Part shown: piece by piece, positions 8,332 to 20,921 of the stretch | How positions within the stretch are numbered: the stretch's first letter is position 1 | How the letters are laid out: each line of letters starts with the position of its first letter | Source of the DNA: Oscillospiraceae bacterium | GTDB taxonomy: Bacteria; Bacillota; Clostridia; Oscillospirales; Ruminococcaceae | Direction of reading: 5' to 3' | Assembly: GCA_017451665.1 (NCBI GenBank) | Contig: JAFTNX010000001.1 | Location: forward strand, 1-25,972 | Length of the DNA: 25,972 nt | Notes under the pieces: model-generated | What the model was told of the DNA's origin: nothing | Seen by the model: the letters and a program-made list of their open reading frames with translations, nothing else | The model's database searches: none | Made by a program: the position numbers and the translations under genes

Positions 8332-9078
8332 CTAAATTCTGGTGAGTATTACTGCACCATTCTGGGTTATAGCAATTGTATGCTCAAAATGTGCGGAAAC
8401 CTTTCCGTCACAAGTTTTAACTGTCCATCTGTCAGGCATAATTTTAATCTTAGCTGTACCCAGGTTAATCATAGGTTCAACAGCGATAACCATACCTGCC
8501 TGAAGTCTCAGTCCTCTACCTTCCGTACCGAAGTTAGGAACCTCAGGTTCCTCGTGCAAATCCTTACCGACGCCGTGTCCCACAAACTCTCTGACAACAG
8601 AAAATCCGTTATCCATATTATGTTTTGCGATTGCAGCACCGATATCTCCGAGTCTTACGCCCGGCTTTGCCATTTCGATTGCGATATAGAGGCTTTCCTC
8701 AGTAGACTTCATCAGTTTAAGTGCATCTTCCGAAACATTTCCAACTGCAAAGGTCTTAGCCGAGTCGCCGTGGTATCCGTTGATATAAGCACCAACGTCA
8801 ACCGAAACTATATCACCGTCTTCGATTTTTCTTGGTCCCGGAATTCCGTGGATAACCTCATCGTTAATTGAGATACACGCTGAGGCAGGAAATCCACCGT
8901 ATCCAAGAAAAGAAGGTTTAGCGCCGTGGGAAGTAATATATTTTCTGATAATCGTATCCAGCTCGTGGGTAGTCATACCAACTCTTATTGCTTCCTCAGC
9001 GGCCTTAAGTGCGCCGGCAGTAATTTCTCCTGCCTTACGCATCTTTTCGATTTCTGTATTTGACTTTATAACAACCAT
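8332..9078 (-). CDS. map: Methionine aminopeptidase type I
   Basis: HGIPG, DVGA..GYHGD, GHGVG..LHEEP, AVEPM, AHFEHT. Confidence 0.97.
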   Translation of the reverse strand: MVVIKSNTEIEKMRKAGEITAGALKAAEEAIRVGMTTHELDTIIRKYITSHGAKPSFLGYGGFPASACISINDEVIHGIPGPRKIEDGDIVSVDVGAYINGYHGDSAKTFAVGNVSEDALKLMKSTEESLYIAIEMAKPGVRLGDIGAAIAKHNMDNGFSVVREFVGHGVGKDLHEEPEVPNFGTEGRGLRLQAGMVIAVEPMINLGTAKIKIMPDRWTVKTCDGKVSAHFEHTIAITQNGAVILTRI

Positions 9079-9079
9079 T

Positions 9080-11040
<1,961 letters not shown>

Positions 11041-11042
11041 GC

Positions 11043-11483
11043 TTAAATCACCTCAACCTTCCCGCCTGCCTTTTCAATCTTTTCCTTAGCTGCTTCTGAG
11101 AACTTAGCAGCCTTTACTGTGAGCTTCTTTGTAAGCTCGCCGTTGCCGAGAATCTTAACTCCGCCCTTAACATCATTTACAAGGCCTGAAGCTACGAGAA
11201 GTTCAAGGTCAACAACTACATCGTCGTTGAATCTTTCAAGGTCTGATACGTTTACTACTGCGTATTCTGTTCTGAAGATGTTATTGAATCCTCTCTTAGG
11301 AATTCTCATGCTCATTCTTGTCTGACCGCCTTCAAAGCCTGGCTTTACGCCGCCGCCTGAACGAGCGTTCTGACCCTTATGTCCCTTACCAGCAGTCTTA
11401 CCCCAGCCTGAACCATGTCCTCTTCCGATTCTCTTTGATTCAAACTTTGAGCCTTCTGCAGGTGATAATTCGTGCAATTTCAT
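11043..11483 (-). CDS. rplO: 50S ribosomal protein L15
   Basis: [30 protein letters not shown]. Confidence 0.99.
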   Translation of the reverse strand: MKLHELSPAEGSKFESKRIGRGHGSGWGKTAGKGHKGQNARSGGGVKPGFEGGQTRMSMRIPKRGFNNIFRTEYAVVNVSDLERFNDDVVVDLELLVASGLVNDVKGGVKILGNGELTKKLTVKAAKFSEAAKEKIEKAGGKVEVI

Positions 11484-11503
11484 CTGATTCGCACCTCCTT
11501 GCT

Positions 11504-11683
11504 TTACGCTTCGGTTACTTTAATAAGGTGAGATATTTTCTTAATCTTTCCCTGAGTCTGTGCATTGTCCGGCTGAATTGTTTCGTTGCCGATTTTCTTA
11601 AGACCAAGGGAGTAAGCTGTAGCAACCTGGTCCTTGGTTCTGTCGTTAAGACTTCTTACCAATGTAATCTTTACGTTTGCCAT
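11504..11683 (-). CDS. rpmD: 50S ribosomal protein L30; absent from the ORF track
   Basis: Manual translation [59 protein letters not shown]; lies between rpsE and rplO. Confidence 0.95.
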   Translation of the reverse strand: MANVKITLVRSLNDRTKDQVATAYSLGLKKIGNETIQPDNAQTQGKIKKISHLIKVTEA

Positions 11684-11696
11684 TTCTTATTCCTCC

Positions 11697-12197
11697 TTAG
11701 CCCAAAATTTCCTTAACAGTCTTGCCTCTCTTTGCAGCTACGTCTTCTGCTGACTTAACTGCTGCGAGACCGTTGATTGTAGCTCTTACTACGTTACAAG
11801 GATTGTTTGAACGAAGTGACTTTGTTCTGATATCCTTGATTCCTGCCATTTCGATTACGGCTCTGACAGGTCCACCTGCGATAACACCGGTACCGGCTGG
11901 AGCTGGTCTCATAAGAACCTCGCCTGCGCCGAACTTACCAATGATTTCGTGAGGAATTGTTGTACCTTTAAGTGAAACTCTTACAAGGTTCTTCTTTGCG
12001 TCCTCGATACCCTTACGGATTGCGTCTGGAACTTCGCTGCTCTTTCCGAGACCGAAGCCTACTACGCCGTTTCCGTCACCTACTACGATGAGAGCTGAGA
12101 ACTTCATAATACGTCCGCCCTTAACAGTCTTTGATACTCTGTTAATTGCTACAACCTTTTCGCTGAGTTCCAATGTAGAAGCATCTATTAAAGCCAA
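11697..12197 (-). CDS. rpsE: 30S ribosomal protein S5
   Basis: [23 protein letters not shown]; TTG start. Confidence 0.99.
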   Translation of the reverse strand: MALIDASTLELSEKVVAINRVSKTVKGGRIMKFSALIVVGDGNGVVGFGLGKSSEVPDAIRKGIEDAKKNLVRVSLKGTTIPHEIIGKFGAGEVLMRPAPAGTGVIAGGPVRAVIEMAGIKDIRTKSLRSNNPCNVVRATINGLAAVKSAEDVAAKRGKTVKEILG

Positions 12198-12213
12198 AAG
12201 TATACCCTCCTTC

Positions 12214-12573
12214 TTAGAACTTGAGTCCGCCTTCGCGAGCTCCGTCTGCTAAATCTTTTACACGTCCGTGATAGAGGTAACCGCCTCTGTCGAATACAAC
12301 TTCGCTGATTCCCTTTTCTGCTGCGTGCTTTGCAATAAGCTCTCCAACCTTCTTAGCGCCTTCCTTGTTGCCACCGTTGCCTTCAAAATCCTTTGAAAGG
12401 CTTGATGCACTACAAAGTGTTACGCCGTTTACGTCGTCGATGAGCTGTGCATAAATATGCTTAGCGGAGCGGAATACGTTCAAACGTGGACATTCAGGTG
12501 TTCCTGAAATCTTAGCACGAACTCTGGTATGTCTTTTTGCTCTTGCTGCTTTTCTATCAAGCTGTTTTACCAT
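12214..12573 (-). CDS. rplR: 50S ribosomal protein L18
   Basis: [27 protein letters not shown]. Confidence 0.99.
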   Translation of the reverse strand: MVKQLDRKAARAKRHTRVRAKISGTPECPRLNVFRSAKHIYAQLIDDVNGVTLCSASSLSKDFEGNGGNKEGAKKVGELIAKHAAEKGISEVVFDRGGYLYHGRVKDLADGAREGGLKF

Positions 12574-12592
12574 TGTGATTTCACTCCTTTAA

Positions 12593-13144
12593 TTACTTCT
12601 TGCTGCCCTTACCAGCTTTACCTTCCTTACGAATGATGTATTCACCTTCGTAACGGATTCCCTTGCCCTTATATGGCTCAGGTGGACGCTTTTCTCTGAT
12701 TTCACAAGCAAACTGACCAACTGCCTGTTTGTCGATACCAGAAACCACGATTGTGTTAGCGTTTGGAACATCAAGCTTGATTTCATCAGTTTCTGTGAAA
12801 ATAACCTGATGTGAGAAACCGAGGTTCAAAACAAGGTCCTTACCCTGCTTAGCGGCTCTGTAACCGATACCTTCGATTTGAAGTGTCTTTGAATAACCGT
12901 TTGTAACGCCTTCAACCATGTTAGCAATAAGAGTTCTTGTAAGTCCATGAAGTGACTTATGAATCTTATTTTCTGTTGGACGGCTTACTACGATTTCAGT
13001 ACCTTCCTGCTTGATAACCATATCAGCGTGGAAAGTCTTTGTAATTGTTCCCTTAGGTCCCTTAACAGAAACTACGTTTCCGTCAGCGATGTTTACATCT
13101 ACTCCGGCAGGAACAGTGATTGGCTTAATACCGATTCTTGACAT
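12593..13144 (-). CDS. rplF: 50S ribosomal protein L6 (start moved to ATG 13144)
   Basis: [22 protein letters not shown]; SD GGAGG before 13144. Confidence 0.98.
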   Translation of the reverse strand: MSRIGIKPITVPAGVDVNIADGNVVSVKGPKGTITKTFHADMVIKQEGTEIVVSRPTENKIHKSLHGLTRTLIANMVEGVTNGYSKTLQIEGIGYRAAKQGKDLVLNLGFSHQVIFTETDEIKLDVPNANTIVVSGIDKQAVGQFACEIREKRPPEPYKGKGIRYEGEYIIRKEGKAGKGSKK

Positions 13145-13157
13145 AACTGTTTCCTCC

Positions 13158-13556
13158 TTACCAGATGAATGCGAGAACTTCGCCACCTACATTGAGTTCT
13201 CTTGCCTTCTTGTCTGTTACGATACCCTTTGATGTTGAAACGATTGCAATACCCAATCCCTTCATAACCTTTGGCATATCTTCACAGCTTGAGTAAATTC
13301 TCAAACCTGGCTTTGAAACTCTTCTGAGTCCTGTAATTACAGAAGCGTTATTCTCATCATATTTAAGAGTAATTCTGATTATACCCTGTTTTCTGTCATC
13401 GATTACCTGAAATCCGTTCAAATAACCCTCATCTACGAGAATCTGGGTGATTGACTTCTTCATATTTGATGCAGGAACGTCAACTGTTGCGTGCTTAGCA
13501 GTACTTGCATTACGGATTCTTGTCAGTAAATCTGCTATTGTATCAGTAATCTGCAT
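13158..13556 (-). CDS. rpsH: 30S ribosomal protein S8
   Basis: [38 protein letters not shown]. Confidence 0.99.
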   Translation of the reverse strand: MQITDTIADLLTRIRNASTAKHATVDVPASNMKKSITQILVDEGYLNGFQVIDDRKQGIIRITLKYDENNASVITGLRRVSKPGLRIYSSCEDMPKVMKGLGIAIVSTSKGIVTDKKARELNVGGEVLAFIW

Positions 13557-13584
13557 ACTGTGTTAACCTCCTTTACTGAATTTA

Positions 13585-13770
13585 TTACCAGCTTGCCTTC
13601 TTCACTCCCGGAATCTGACCGTCATGAGCCAATTCTCTGAAGCAGATACGGCAGATGCCGAACTTTCTCAGATAAGCGTGAGGTCTTCCGCAGATTTTAC
13701 ATCTGTTGTAAGCACGAGTAGAATACTTTGGCGTTTTCTGCTGCTTGTTAATCATAGCCTTCTTTGCCAT
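13585..13770 (-). CDS. rpsZ: 30S ribosomal protein S14 type Z (61 aa, zinc-binding)
   Basis: [23 protein letters not shown]. Confidence 0.98.
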   Translation of the reverse strand: MAKKAMINKQQKTPKYSTRAYNRCKICGRPHAYLRKFGICRICFRELAHDGQIPGVKKASW

Positions 13771-13791
13771 ATTAAATTATCCTCCTCTATC

Positions 13792-14331
13792 TTACTTAGC
13801 GAATGGAGCGCCCATAAGTTCGAGCAACTCTTTTGCTTCTTCGTCTGTGTTTGCTGTTGTGATAAAGTTGATGTCCATACCTCTAACCTTATCAATCTTA
13901 TCGTACTCAATTTCAGGGAAAATAAGCTGTTCCTTGATACCTGTTGAGTAGTTTCCTCTTCCGTCGAATGAGTTAGCGTTAATTCCTCTGAAGTCTCTTA
14001 CTCTTGGGAATGCAACGTTAAAAAGTCTATCAACGAATTCGTACATCTTTTCAGCTCTGAGTGTAACCTTAACACCGATTACCTGTCCTTCTCTGAGCTT
14101 GAAGTTAGCTACTGCCTTCTTTGACTTACAAGCGATTGGCTTCTGTCCTGTGATAGCAGCAAGGTCAGACATAATTGCTTCGATAACCTTTGTGTTATCC
14201 TTGTCTGCACCACAACCAACGTTGATAACTACCTTATCAAGCTTTGGAATCTGCATTACATTCTTATAGCCAAATTTCTTCATCATAGCAGGAGCTACGC
14301 TGCTAACATAATAATCCTTAAGTCTAGCCAT
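13792..14331 (-). CDS. rplE: 50S ribosomal protein L5
   Basis: [26 protein letters not shown]. Confidence 0.99.
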   Translation of the reverse strand: MARLKDYYVSSVAPAMMKKFGYKNVMQIPKLDKVVINVGCGADKDNTKVIEAIMSDLAAITGQKPIACKSKKAVANFKLREGQVIGVKVTLRAEKMYEFVDRLFNVAFPRVRDFRGINANSFDGRGNYSTGIKEQLIFPEIEYDKIDKVRGMDINFITTANTDEEAKELLELMGAPFAK

Positions 14332-14345
14332 GACGTTTCTCCTCC

Positions 14346-14678
14346 TTAAAATTCCTTACCGCAACCATCGTTCTTACAAACTCTGATTGACTTTGTCTTA
14401 TTACCTTCTGTAACAAGCTTGTGTCCAGCCTTTGTTGGCTTGCCACAGCCAGGACATACTGCCATTACCTTTGAAGCGTACATAGCAGCTTCTGCCTTTA
14501 CGATTCCGCCAGCTTCGCCCTGTCTTCTTGGCTTAACGTGCTTTGTTACCATATTGAGTCCTTCAACGATTACCTTGTTTTCCTTTGGTGAAACCTGAAG
14601 AACCTTACCCTGCTTGCCCTTATCCTTACCTGAAAGGATAACTACGGTGTCGCCGGTTTTAACATGCAATTTATTCAT
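14346..14678 (-). CDS. rplX: 50S ribosomal protein L24 (start moved to ATG 14678)
   Basis: [26 protein letters not shown]; SD GGAGG 8 nt before 14678. Confidence 0.97.
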   Translation of the reverse strand: MNKLHVKTGDTVVILSGKDKGKQGKVLQVSPKENKVIVEGLNMVTKHVKPRRQGEAGGIVKAEAAMYASKVMAVCPGCGKPTKAGHKLVTEGNKTKSIRVCKNDGCGKEF

Positions 14679-14693
14679 CGTCGGCACCTCCGA

Positions 14694-15062
14694 TTAAAGT
14701 ACTTCCGGAGCAAGTGAGAGAATCTTTGTATATTCCTTATCACGAAGTTCTCTTGCTACCGGCCCAAAGATACGAGTTCCCTTTGGGTTTTTGTCATCTC
14801 TGATAATAACAGCTGCGTTTTCGTCGAAACGGATATATGTTCCGTCTTCACGACGAAGACCCTTAGCTGAACGAACGATTACTGCCTTTACAACATCGCC
14901 TTTCTTAACAACGCCACCTGGTGTTGCTTTCTTAACTGAAGCAACAACGACGTCGCCGATGTTTGCATACTTTCTTCTTGTACCGCCAAGTACTCTGATA
15001 CACATAAGTTCCTTTGCACCAGTATTGTCGGCAACCTTGAGGTATGTCTGCATCTGAATCAC
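14694..15062 (-). CDS. rplN: 50S ribosomal protein L14
   Basis: [27 protein letters not shown]. Confidence 0.99.
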   Translation of the reverse strand: MIQMQTYLKVADNTGAKELMCIRVLGGTRRKYANIGDVVVASVKKATPGGVVKKGDVVKAVIVRSAKGLRREDGTYIRFDENAAVIIRDDKNPKGTRIFGPVARELRDKEYTKILSLAPEVL

Positions 15063-15137
15063 AGCGAGTTCCTCCTTTCAAATTCTGTCAAAGGGCGTTT
15101 ATTGCCCTCTGACGCATTATTGAAAAATTACTTATAA

Positions 15138-15395
15138 TTACTTTGCCTGTTCGAGAACCTTTACAAGACGCCATCTCTTGTCCTTTGACAATGGACGTGT
15201 TTCCATAACTTCAACTGTATCGCCGATATTGCATACATTGTTTTCGTCATGTGCCTTGAGTTTAACTGTTCTCTTGATGATTTTCTTGTAGAGTGGGTGC
15301 TGTACGTTGTCCTTGATTGCAACAACAATTGTCTTGTCCATCTTATTTGAAACAACTACGCCTACTCTTGTTTTTCTAAGATTTCTTTCACTCAC
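15138..15395 (-). CDS. rpsQ: 30S ribosomal protein S17
   Basis: [31 protein letters not shown]. Confidence 0.99.
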   Translation of the reverse strand: MSERNLRKTRVGVVVSNKMDKTIVVAIKDNVQHPLYKKIIKRTVKLKAHDENNVCNIGDTVEVMETRPLSKDKRWRLVKVLEQAK

Positions 15396-15413
15396 AGTTA
15401 AATCCTCCCTTCG

Positions 15414-15602
15414 TTACTGTTCCTGCTGGCGAAGGAATGTTTTGATGCGAGCAATATCCTTCTTAACAGCCTTCATTCTCAATGGATTATCGAGCTGATT
15501 TACAGCGTGCTGAAAACGAAGGTTGAAAAGTTCCTGCTTGAGTTCAGCAAGCTTTTCGTTAAGCTCTGCTGTTGTCATGTCCTTGATTTCATTCGTTTTC
15601 AT
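15414..15602 (-). CDS. rpmC: 50S ribosomal protein L29
   Basis: [17 protein letters not shown]. Confidence 0.98.
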   Translation of the reverse strand: MKTNEIKDMTTAELNEKLAELKQELFNLRFQHAVNQLDNPLRMKAVKKDIARIKTFLRQQEQ

Positions 15603-16024
15603 TATTGCTCACCGCCCTCTTCTTTTTTAACAAACTTACACTTTACAGGAAGCTTGTGCATAGCAAGTCTCATAGCTTCTCTGGCTACTTCTTCGCTTAC
15701 TCCTGCGATTTCGAACATTACTCTGCCCGGCTTAACTACAGCTACCCAGTATTCTGGTGAACCCTTACCTGAACCCATTCGAGTTTCAGCTGGCTTTTCT
15801 GTAATTGGCTTATCCGGGAAAATCTTAATCCAAACCTGACCGCCTCTCTTGATGTATCTTGTCATAGCGATACGGGCAGCTTCAATCTGGTTTGAAGTAA
15901 TCCATGCAGGTGACATTGCCTGGAGGCCGTACTGACCGTATGTTACGGTGTTACCTCTCATAGCCTTACCTGTCATTCTACCTCTGTGTACTCTTCTGTA
16001 CTTAACTCTCTTAGGAAGCAGCAT
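15602..16024 (-). CDS. rplP: 50S ribosomal protein L16
   Basis: [23 protein letters not shown]. Confidence 0.99.
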   Translation of the reverse strand: MLLPKRVKYRRVHRGRMTGKAMRGNTVTYGQYGLQAMSPAWITSNQIEAARIAMTRYIKRGGQVWIKIFPDKPITEKPAETRMGSGKGSPEYWVAVVKPGRVMFEIAGVSEEVAREAMRLAMHKLPVKCKFVKKEEGGEQ

Positions 16025-16764
16025 TACTTGTTACCTCCTTCTCTGTTTTCTCTTGGACGTCTGTTAGCTGGCTTTCTGTCGCCGTTGTTTCTGCGCTTTC
16101 TTTCTGGTCTGTCTGACTGAGTTCTGTTAGCTTCGCCCTTAAGAACTTCGCCTCTGTAAATCCAAACCTTAACGCCGATACGTCCATAAGTTGTATGAGC
16201 TTCTGCTGTACCATAGTCAATATCTGCTCTGATTGTCTGAAGCGGAATTGTACCTTCGTGGTATGTTTCAGCTCTTGCGATTTCAGCACCGCCAAGACGG
16301 CCTGAAACTCTTGTCTTGATACCCTTTGCACCGAGCTTCATAGCTCTTCCGATTGACTGCTTAGTTGCTCTTCTGAATGAAATTCTGTTCTCGAGGTCGA
16401 GAGCGATTTTCTCTGCAACGAGCTGTGCATCGAGGTCTGGTGACTTAACCTCAATAATGTTTACTGCTACTGGCTTGCCAATCATCTTTTCAACGTCAGC
16501 TCTGAGCTTTTCGATTTCAGCTCCGCCTCTGCCGATTACAAGACCTGGCTTAGCACAATGAATGTGAATCTTTACCTTATCTGCAAATCTTTCAATCTCA
16601 ATGCGTGGAACACCTGCTGAATACAAAGCCTTCTTGATGTAGTTACGAACATTGTAGTCCTCAACAAGTGTATCGCCGAAAGTGCTTTTATTTGCAAACC
16701 AGCGGGAATCCCAATTCTTAATTACTCCGACACGAAGTCCATGTGGGTTTACTTTCTGGCCCAT
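16024..16764 (-). CDS. rpsC: 30S ribosomal protein S3
   Basis: [35 protein letters not shown]. Confidence 0.99.
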   Translation of the reverse strand: MGQKVNPHGLRVGVIKNWDSRWFANKSTFGDTLVEDYNVRNYIKKALYSAGVPRIEIERFADKVKIHIHCAKPGLVIGRGGAEIEKLRADVEKMIGKPVAVNIIEVKSPDLDAQLVAEKIALDLENRISFRRATKQSIGRAMKLGAKGIKTRVSGRLGGAEIARAETYHEGTIPLQTIRADIDYGTAEAHTTYGRIGVKVWIYRGEVLKGEANRTQSDRPERKRRNNGDRKPANRRPRENREGGNK

Positions 16765-16784
16765 AGTTTACCTCCTCTTTCAGC

Positions 16785-17120
16785 TTATTCCTTTTCTTTG
16801 AGAACAATTGTTACGTGTGATGTTCTCTTAAGAATTCTGTATGCTCTGCCCTGTGCTCTTGGCATAATTCTCTTCATAATAGGACCTGGACAAACGAAAC
16901 ATTCTGCAACATAGAGGTTATTCTTATCCATGTTGTGATTGTTTTCTGCGTTTGCAGCAGCCGATTTAAGAAGCTTTTCAAGATATTCACAAGCAGCCTT
17001 TGGTGTGTGCTTTACTGTTGCCATTGCAACATCGTAATCCTTTCCTCTGATAAGGTCCAGAACAATCTGAACTTTACGAGGAGCAATACGAGCGTTTCTA
17101 AGAATTGCTCTTGCTTCCAT
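16785..17120 (-). CDS. rplV: 50S ribosomal protein L22
   Basis: RIAPRKV, PRAQGRA..I.KRTSH. Confidence 0.99.
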   Translation of the reverse strand: MEARAILRNARIAPRKVQIVLDLIRGKDYDVAMATVKHTPKAACEYLEKLLKSAAANAENNHNMDKNNLYVAECFVCPGPIMKRIMPRAQGRAYRILKRTSHVTIVLKEKE

Positions 17121-17140
17121 TTGAATTTCCTCCTTCCGGC

Positions 17141-17425
17141 CTATCTCTTACCATTGTTTGAGGTCTTTGAACCTGCGTGGCCCTTATATGTTCTTGTCGG
17201 TGCGAATTCGCCCAATTTATGTCCTACCATATCCTCAGTTACATAAACCGGAACGTGCTTACGTCCGTCGTGAACAGCGAATGTATGACCAACGAAATCA
17301 GGGAATATTGTAGAAGCTCTGCTCCATGTCTTGAGAACCTTCTTTTCGCCTGCTTCGTTCATAGCTTTTACTCTCTTCAAGAGAACCTCCTGTACGTAAG
17401 GTCCCTTTTTAATAGATCTACCCAT
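17141..17425 (-). CDS. rpsS: 30S ribosomal protein S19
   Basis: [30 protein letters not shown]. Confidence 0.99.
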   Translation of the reverse strand: MGRSIKKGPYVQEVLLKRVKAMNEAGEKKVLKTWSRASTIFPDFVGHTFAVHDGRKHVPVYVTEDMVGHKLGEFAPTRTYKGHAGSKTSNNGKR

Positions 17426-17446
17426 CTTACATCTGCCTCCTTTCGA

Positions 17447-18280
17447 TTACTTACCGTTTCTACGCTTAACGATAAACTTATCTGAACGGTGATGCTTAGC
17501 ACGAGTCTTGTAGCCAAGTGTTGGCTTACCCCATGGTGTAACAGGTGATGGACGTCCAACTGGTGACTTACCTTCACCACCACCGTGTGGGTGGTCGCAT
17601 GGGTTCATTACAGAACCTCTTACTGTTGGTCTCCAGCCCATATGACGCTTTCTACCAGCCTTACCGATGTTTACGTTTTCGTGGTCAAGATTACCAACCT
17701 GGCCGATTGTTGCCATACAGTTGATTGCAATCTTTCTCATTTCACCTGATGGAAGTCTTACAAGTGCGTAAGCTTCTTCCTTACCCATAAGCTGTGCCAT
17801 GTTACCTGCTGAACGTACAAGCTGTGCGCCCTTTCCAGGATAAAGCTCAATGTTGTGGATAAAAGTACCTGTTGGGATGTTTGCAAGTGCAAGTGCGTTA
17901 CCTGGCTTGATGTCAGCGTCAGCGCCTGCTCTAACTGTATCTCCAACTGCAAGTCCGTTTGGTGCGAGAATGTATCTCTTTTCGCCGTCTTCGTACTGAA
18001 CAAGAGCGATGAAAGCTGAACGGTTTGGGTCGTACTCAATTGTGAGAACTGTTGCGTTCATGTTAAGCTTATTTCTCTTGAAGTCGATAACACGGTATTT
18101 TCTTCTTGCTCCGCCGCCTCTGTGACGTACTGTGATTCTTCCGTAGCTGTTTCTGCCTGAATTCTTCTTAAGTGGTTCAAGCAAGCTCTTTTCCGGAGCA
18201 ACCTTTGACAAGCTTGAGTAGTCTGTAACTGTCATGCCACGTCTACCAGCTGTCGTTGGCTTATATGCCTTAATTGCCAT
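17447..18280 (-). CDS. rplB: 50S ribosomal protein L2
   Basis: [26 protein letters not shown]. Confidence 0.99.
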   Translation of the reverse strand: MAIKAYKPTTAGRRGMTVTDYSSLSKVAPEKSLLEPLKKNSGRNSYGRITVRHRGGGARRKYRVIDFKRNKLNMNATVLTIEYDPNRSAFIALVQYEDGEKRYILAPNGLAVGDTVRAGADADIKPGNALALANIPTGTFIHNIELYPGKGAQLVRSAGNMAQLMGKEEAYALVRLPSGEMRKIAINCMATIGQVGNLDHENVNIGKAGRKRHMGWRPTVRGSVMNPCDHPHGGGEGKSPVGRPSPVTPWGKPTLGYKTRAKHHRSDKFIVKRRNGK

Positions 18281-18377
18281 TATTATTTCACTCCTTCTGA
18301 GGTTTTGCGAAAAACTCTTAATTAGTTTTCCATACTTACACGCTTTTTAAAAGCGTCTTCCGATTTAACGGGTAATC

Positions 18378-18674
18378 TTACATAAGACCGTCAAAGAATT
18401 CGATTGTCTTTTCGCCTTCTGCAAGTGTTACGATTGCCTTCTTCCAGTCTGGTCTGTAACCAACTGAACGTCCCATTCTCTTCTGCTTGCCCTTAACACT
18501 GATTGTGTTAACCTTAGCAACCTTTACGCCGAAGAGTTCTTCAACTGCCTTAGCAATTTCTACCTTGTTAGCAGTCTTAGCAACCTTAAAAGTATACTTG
18601 TTCATTGAGAGAGCATCCATTGATGCTTCTGTGATGATTGGCTTGAGGATAATGTCCTGTGCTGTCTTAATCAT
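18378..18674 (-). CDS. rplW: 50S ribosomal protein L23
   Basis: [23 protein letters not shown]. Confidence 0.98.
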   Translation of the reverse strand: MIKTAQDIILKPIITEASMDALSMNKYTFKVAKTANKVEIAKAVEELFGVKVAKVNTISVKGKQKRMGRSVGYRPDWKKAIVTLAEGEKTIEFFDGLM

Positions 18675-19297
18675 TACGCATATACCTCCTCAATCTTTGC
18701 TACTGCATCCTGTGCAACTACGAACTTATCATAGTTAAGGATGTCGTATACGTTAAGTGTGTTTACAAGAGTTGCCTTAACGCCTGGGATATTTCCTGCG
18801 CTCTTGATAACCTTCTTGTCAACTTCAGGAATAACGATGAGTGCCTTACCCTCAACATTGAGAGCCTTGAGCATATCAGCGATAGCCTTTGTCTTGAATT
18901 CTTCAAGTGCAATCTTGTCTACTACTACGATTTCATTTTCCATAGCCTTTGAAGAAAGTGCAGACTTCATAGCAAGTCTCTTTTCCTTCTTGTTAAGAGA
19001 ATAGCTGTAATCTCTTGGCTTTGGTCCGAGAGCAACACCACCATGTACCCACTGTGGAGCTCTGATAGAACCCTGTCTTGCATGACCTGTTCCCTTCTGT
19101 CTCCATGGCTTTCTTCCACCACCGCTTACTTCTGTTCTTGTAAGTGTTGACTGTGTGCCCTGTCTCTGATTTGCAAGGTAATTAACTACCATTGCGTGCA
19201 TAATTGCTTTATTTGGTTCGATACCGAAAATAGCATCGTTAAGCTCAGTGTCAGCAACCTGCTTGCCTGTCATATCAAAAACTGAAACCTTTGGCAT
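18674..19297 (-). CDS. rplD: 50S ribosomal protein L4 (start moved to ATG 19297)
   Basis: [24 protein letters not shown]; SD GGAGG before 19297. Confidence 0.98.
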   Translation of the reverse strand: MPKVSVFDMTGKQVADTELNDAIFGIEPNKAIMHAMVVNYLANQRQGTQSTLTRTEVSGGGRKPWRQKGTGHARQGSIRAPQWVHGGVALGPKPRDYSYSLNKKEKRLAMKSALSSKAMENEIVVVDKIALEEFKTKAIADMLKALNVEGKALIVIPEVDKKVIKSAGNIPGVKATLVNTLNVYDILNYDKFVVAQDAVAKIEEVYA

Positions 19298-19314
19298 ATT
19301 ACTTCCTCCTTCCA

Positions 19315-19950
19315 CTAAGCCTTCTTAACGCAATCACAGATTGTAACTGTTCCGCCCTTAGGACCTGGAATAGCACCCTTAATTGCGATAAGGTTATTTT
19401 CTGCGTCTACCTTTACAACTTCGAGGTTCTGAATTGTAACTCTTTCAGCACCGAGATGACCAGGCATGCCCTTACCCTTGAAAATTCTTGATGGTGAAGA
19501 ACAAGCACCCATTGAACCTGCGTGTCTGTGTACAGGACCTGAACCGTGTGTTTCCTTGATTCTTGAGTTGTTGTGACGCTTGATTGTACCTGCATAGCCC
19601 TTACCCTTGCTTGTTCCGCAAACATCAACGATGTCGCCTTCAGCAAATGTATCAGCCTTTACAATGTCGCCTACGTTGAGAGCTGAGATGTCATCAAGTC
19701 TGAATTCCTTGAGTGTTCTCTTCATTGCAACGTCTGCCTTCTTAAAATGACCAGCGAGAGGCTTATTAACTCTCTTTGCTCTGATGTCGCCGTATCCGAG
19801 CTGAACTGCTTCATAACCGTCGTTTTCAACAGTCTTCTTCTGAACGACTACACAAGGTCCTGCCTCTACTACTGTTACAGGAATTACCTTTCCTGTTTCA
19901 TCGAAAATCTGTGTCATACCGATTTTCTTTCCGATGATTCCCTTCTGCAT
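19315..19950 (-). CDS. rplC: 50S ribosomal protein L3
   Basis: [27 protein letters not shown]. Confidence 0.99.
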   Translation of the reverse strand: MQKGIIGKKIGMTQIFDETGKVIPVTVVEAGPCVVVQKKTVENDGYEAVQLGYGDIRAKRVNKPLAGHFKKADVAMKRTLKEFRLDDISALNVGDIVKADTFAEGDIVDVCGTSKGKGYAGTIKRHNNSRIKETHGSGPVHRHAGSMGACSSPSRIFKGKGMPGHLGAERVTIQNLEVVKVDAENNLIAIKGAIPGPKGGTVTICDCVKKA

Positions 19951-20071
19951 AATCTTTTCCTCCTAAAATCGTCTTTCATAAGACGTGGTTATTGGTCAAG
20001 CCCCTTATTGAGCCTGACATGACCTGCGTGAGCATCATTTTGAAATCGCTCGTTACGATTTCCTTTGGAAA

Positions 20072-20386
20072 TTACTTGATTTCCATTACGATGTCAACAC
20101 CAGCAGGAAGTTCAAGGTTTTCGAGTGCTGAAGTTGTTTCAGCTGTTGGTCTGAGAACGTCGATAAGTCTCTTGTGTGTTCTGAGTTCGAACTGTTCTCT
20201 GCTGTCCTTGTACTTGTGTACAGCTCTCAGGATTGTGATAACTTCCTTATTTGTTGGAAGTGGGATTGGTCCGCTTACCTTTGCTCCTGAACGCTTTGCA
20301 GCTTCAACAATCTTTGCTGCAGCAGCATCTACTACTGCGTGCTCATAGCCCTTGATTTTGATTCTGATTTTTTCATTGACTGCCAC
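20072..20386 (-). CDS. rpsJ: 30S ribosomal protein S10 (GTG start at 20386)
   Basis: [26 protein letters not shown]; SD AAGGAGG 9 nt before GTG. Confidence 0.98.
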   Translation of the reverse strand: MAVNEKIRIKIKGYEHAVVDAAAAKIVEAAKRSGAKVSGPIPLPTNKEVITILRAVHKYKDSREQFELRTHKRLIDVLRPTAETTSALENLELPAGVDIVMEIK

Positions 20387-20790
20387 TTTAATTCGCCTCC
20401 TTAGTGCATACTTTGTGTTGGAGGGCTTTGTATTCCGAAATCTCTTTCTAAACGGCTTAACACCTTTACAACGTTTCCGTGTGTTTCGTGTCCTTTCATA
20501 AAAAAATCCGAAAAACATTTATGTCCTTCGGAAACCGTCAATACGAGATAGTATCAGCAAACGCATAAAGTCCCTATAAAGAAACTCATCGCAAGAAGCA
20601 TTCGCACAACACTTGTGTCGGTATTACAGTCGCCCGGTTTAAAATCGGACATACTCCACGGAAATTACCTGACCTACCGTCAGCAACCTTCCGTTTCATC
20701 GCATATCTTTGTGTTTGTCGTGTCAAGTAACTAAACCCGACAAACGTTGACTTTTTGCGTAAAATCGCATAAAGTCAGTGCAGTCACGCA
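20387..20790 (-). promoter_or_regulatory. ~400-nt structured S10 operon leader
   Basis: Stems TGACTTT/AAAGTCA, GTTTGTCG/CGACAAAC and CGGAAG..CTGAC/GTCAG..TTTCCG. The core GCGATGA..GGTTGCTGAC..AATTTCCGTGGAG.ATGTC (about 20630-20703) matches my recollection of Firmicute rpsJ leaders. Confidence 0.7.
20500..20532 (-). terminator. Intrinsic terminator (attenuator) inside the S10 leader
   Basis: UCCGAAGGACA-UAAA-UGUUUUUCGGA (11 bp, 2 G-U) followed by U7, 113 nt upstream of rpsJ. Confidence 0.7.
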
Positions 20791-20796
20791 AGATAT

Positions 20797-20825
20797 ATTA
20801 TAACACGCCGAGCCCTCCAAAGCAA
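20797..20825 (-). promoter_or_regulatory. Sigma-A promoter of the S10-spc-alpha superoperon
   Basis: TTGCTT-N17-TATAAT with extended -10 TG. Confidence 0.75.
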
Positions 20826-20921
20826 GAGCCCGACGTGTTTTTTCTCAAAAATTATATGTAGAATTTTTAAGGTATTTTAACTCCAAATTTATGCACTTTG
20901 CACAAATATATTAAAATCGCC

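Noticed and set aside
12593-19315. Track starts for rplF (13186), rplX (14687) and rplD (19315)
   Set aside because: They overlap upstream genes or SD sequences. Downstream ATGs at 13144, 14678 and 19297 have proper SD spacing and canonical N-termini.
20387-20518. 44-aa basic N-terminal extension of S10 given by the ORF track
   Set aside because: That ATG lies inside the terminator hairpin. GTG 20386 has a strong SD and gives a normal 104-aa S10.
20721-20726. TTGACA on the minus strand inside the S10 leader
   Set aside because: No usable -10 box at 16-18 nt spacing (TGCGAT at 17).
20418-20820. 10-bp inverted repeat TTGGAGGGCT (20418-20427) / AGCCCTCCAA (20811-20820) bracketing the leader
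   Set aside because: One copy is in the promoter spacer, outside the main transcript. A single 10-mer match over 400 nt is borderline chance.
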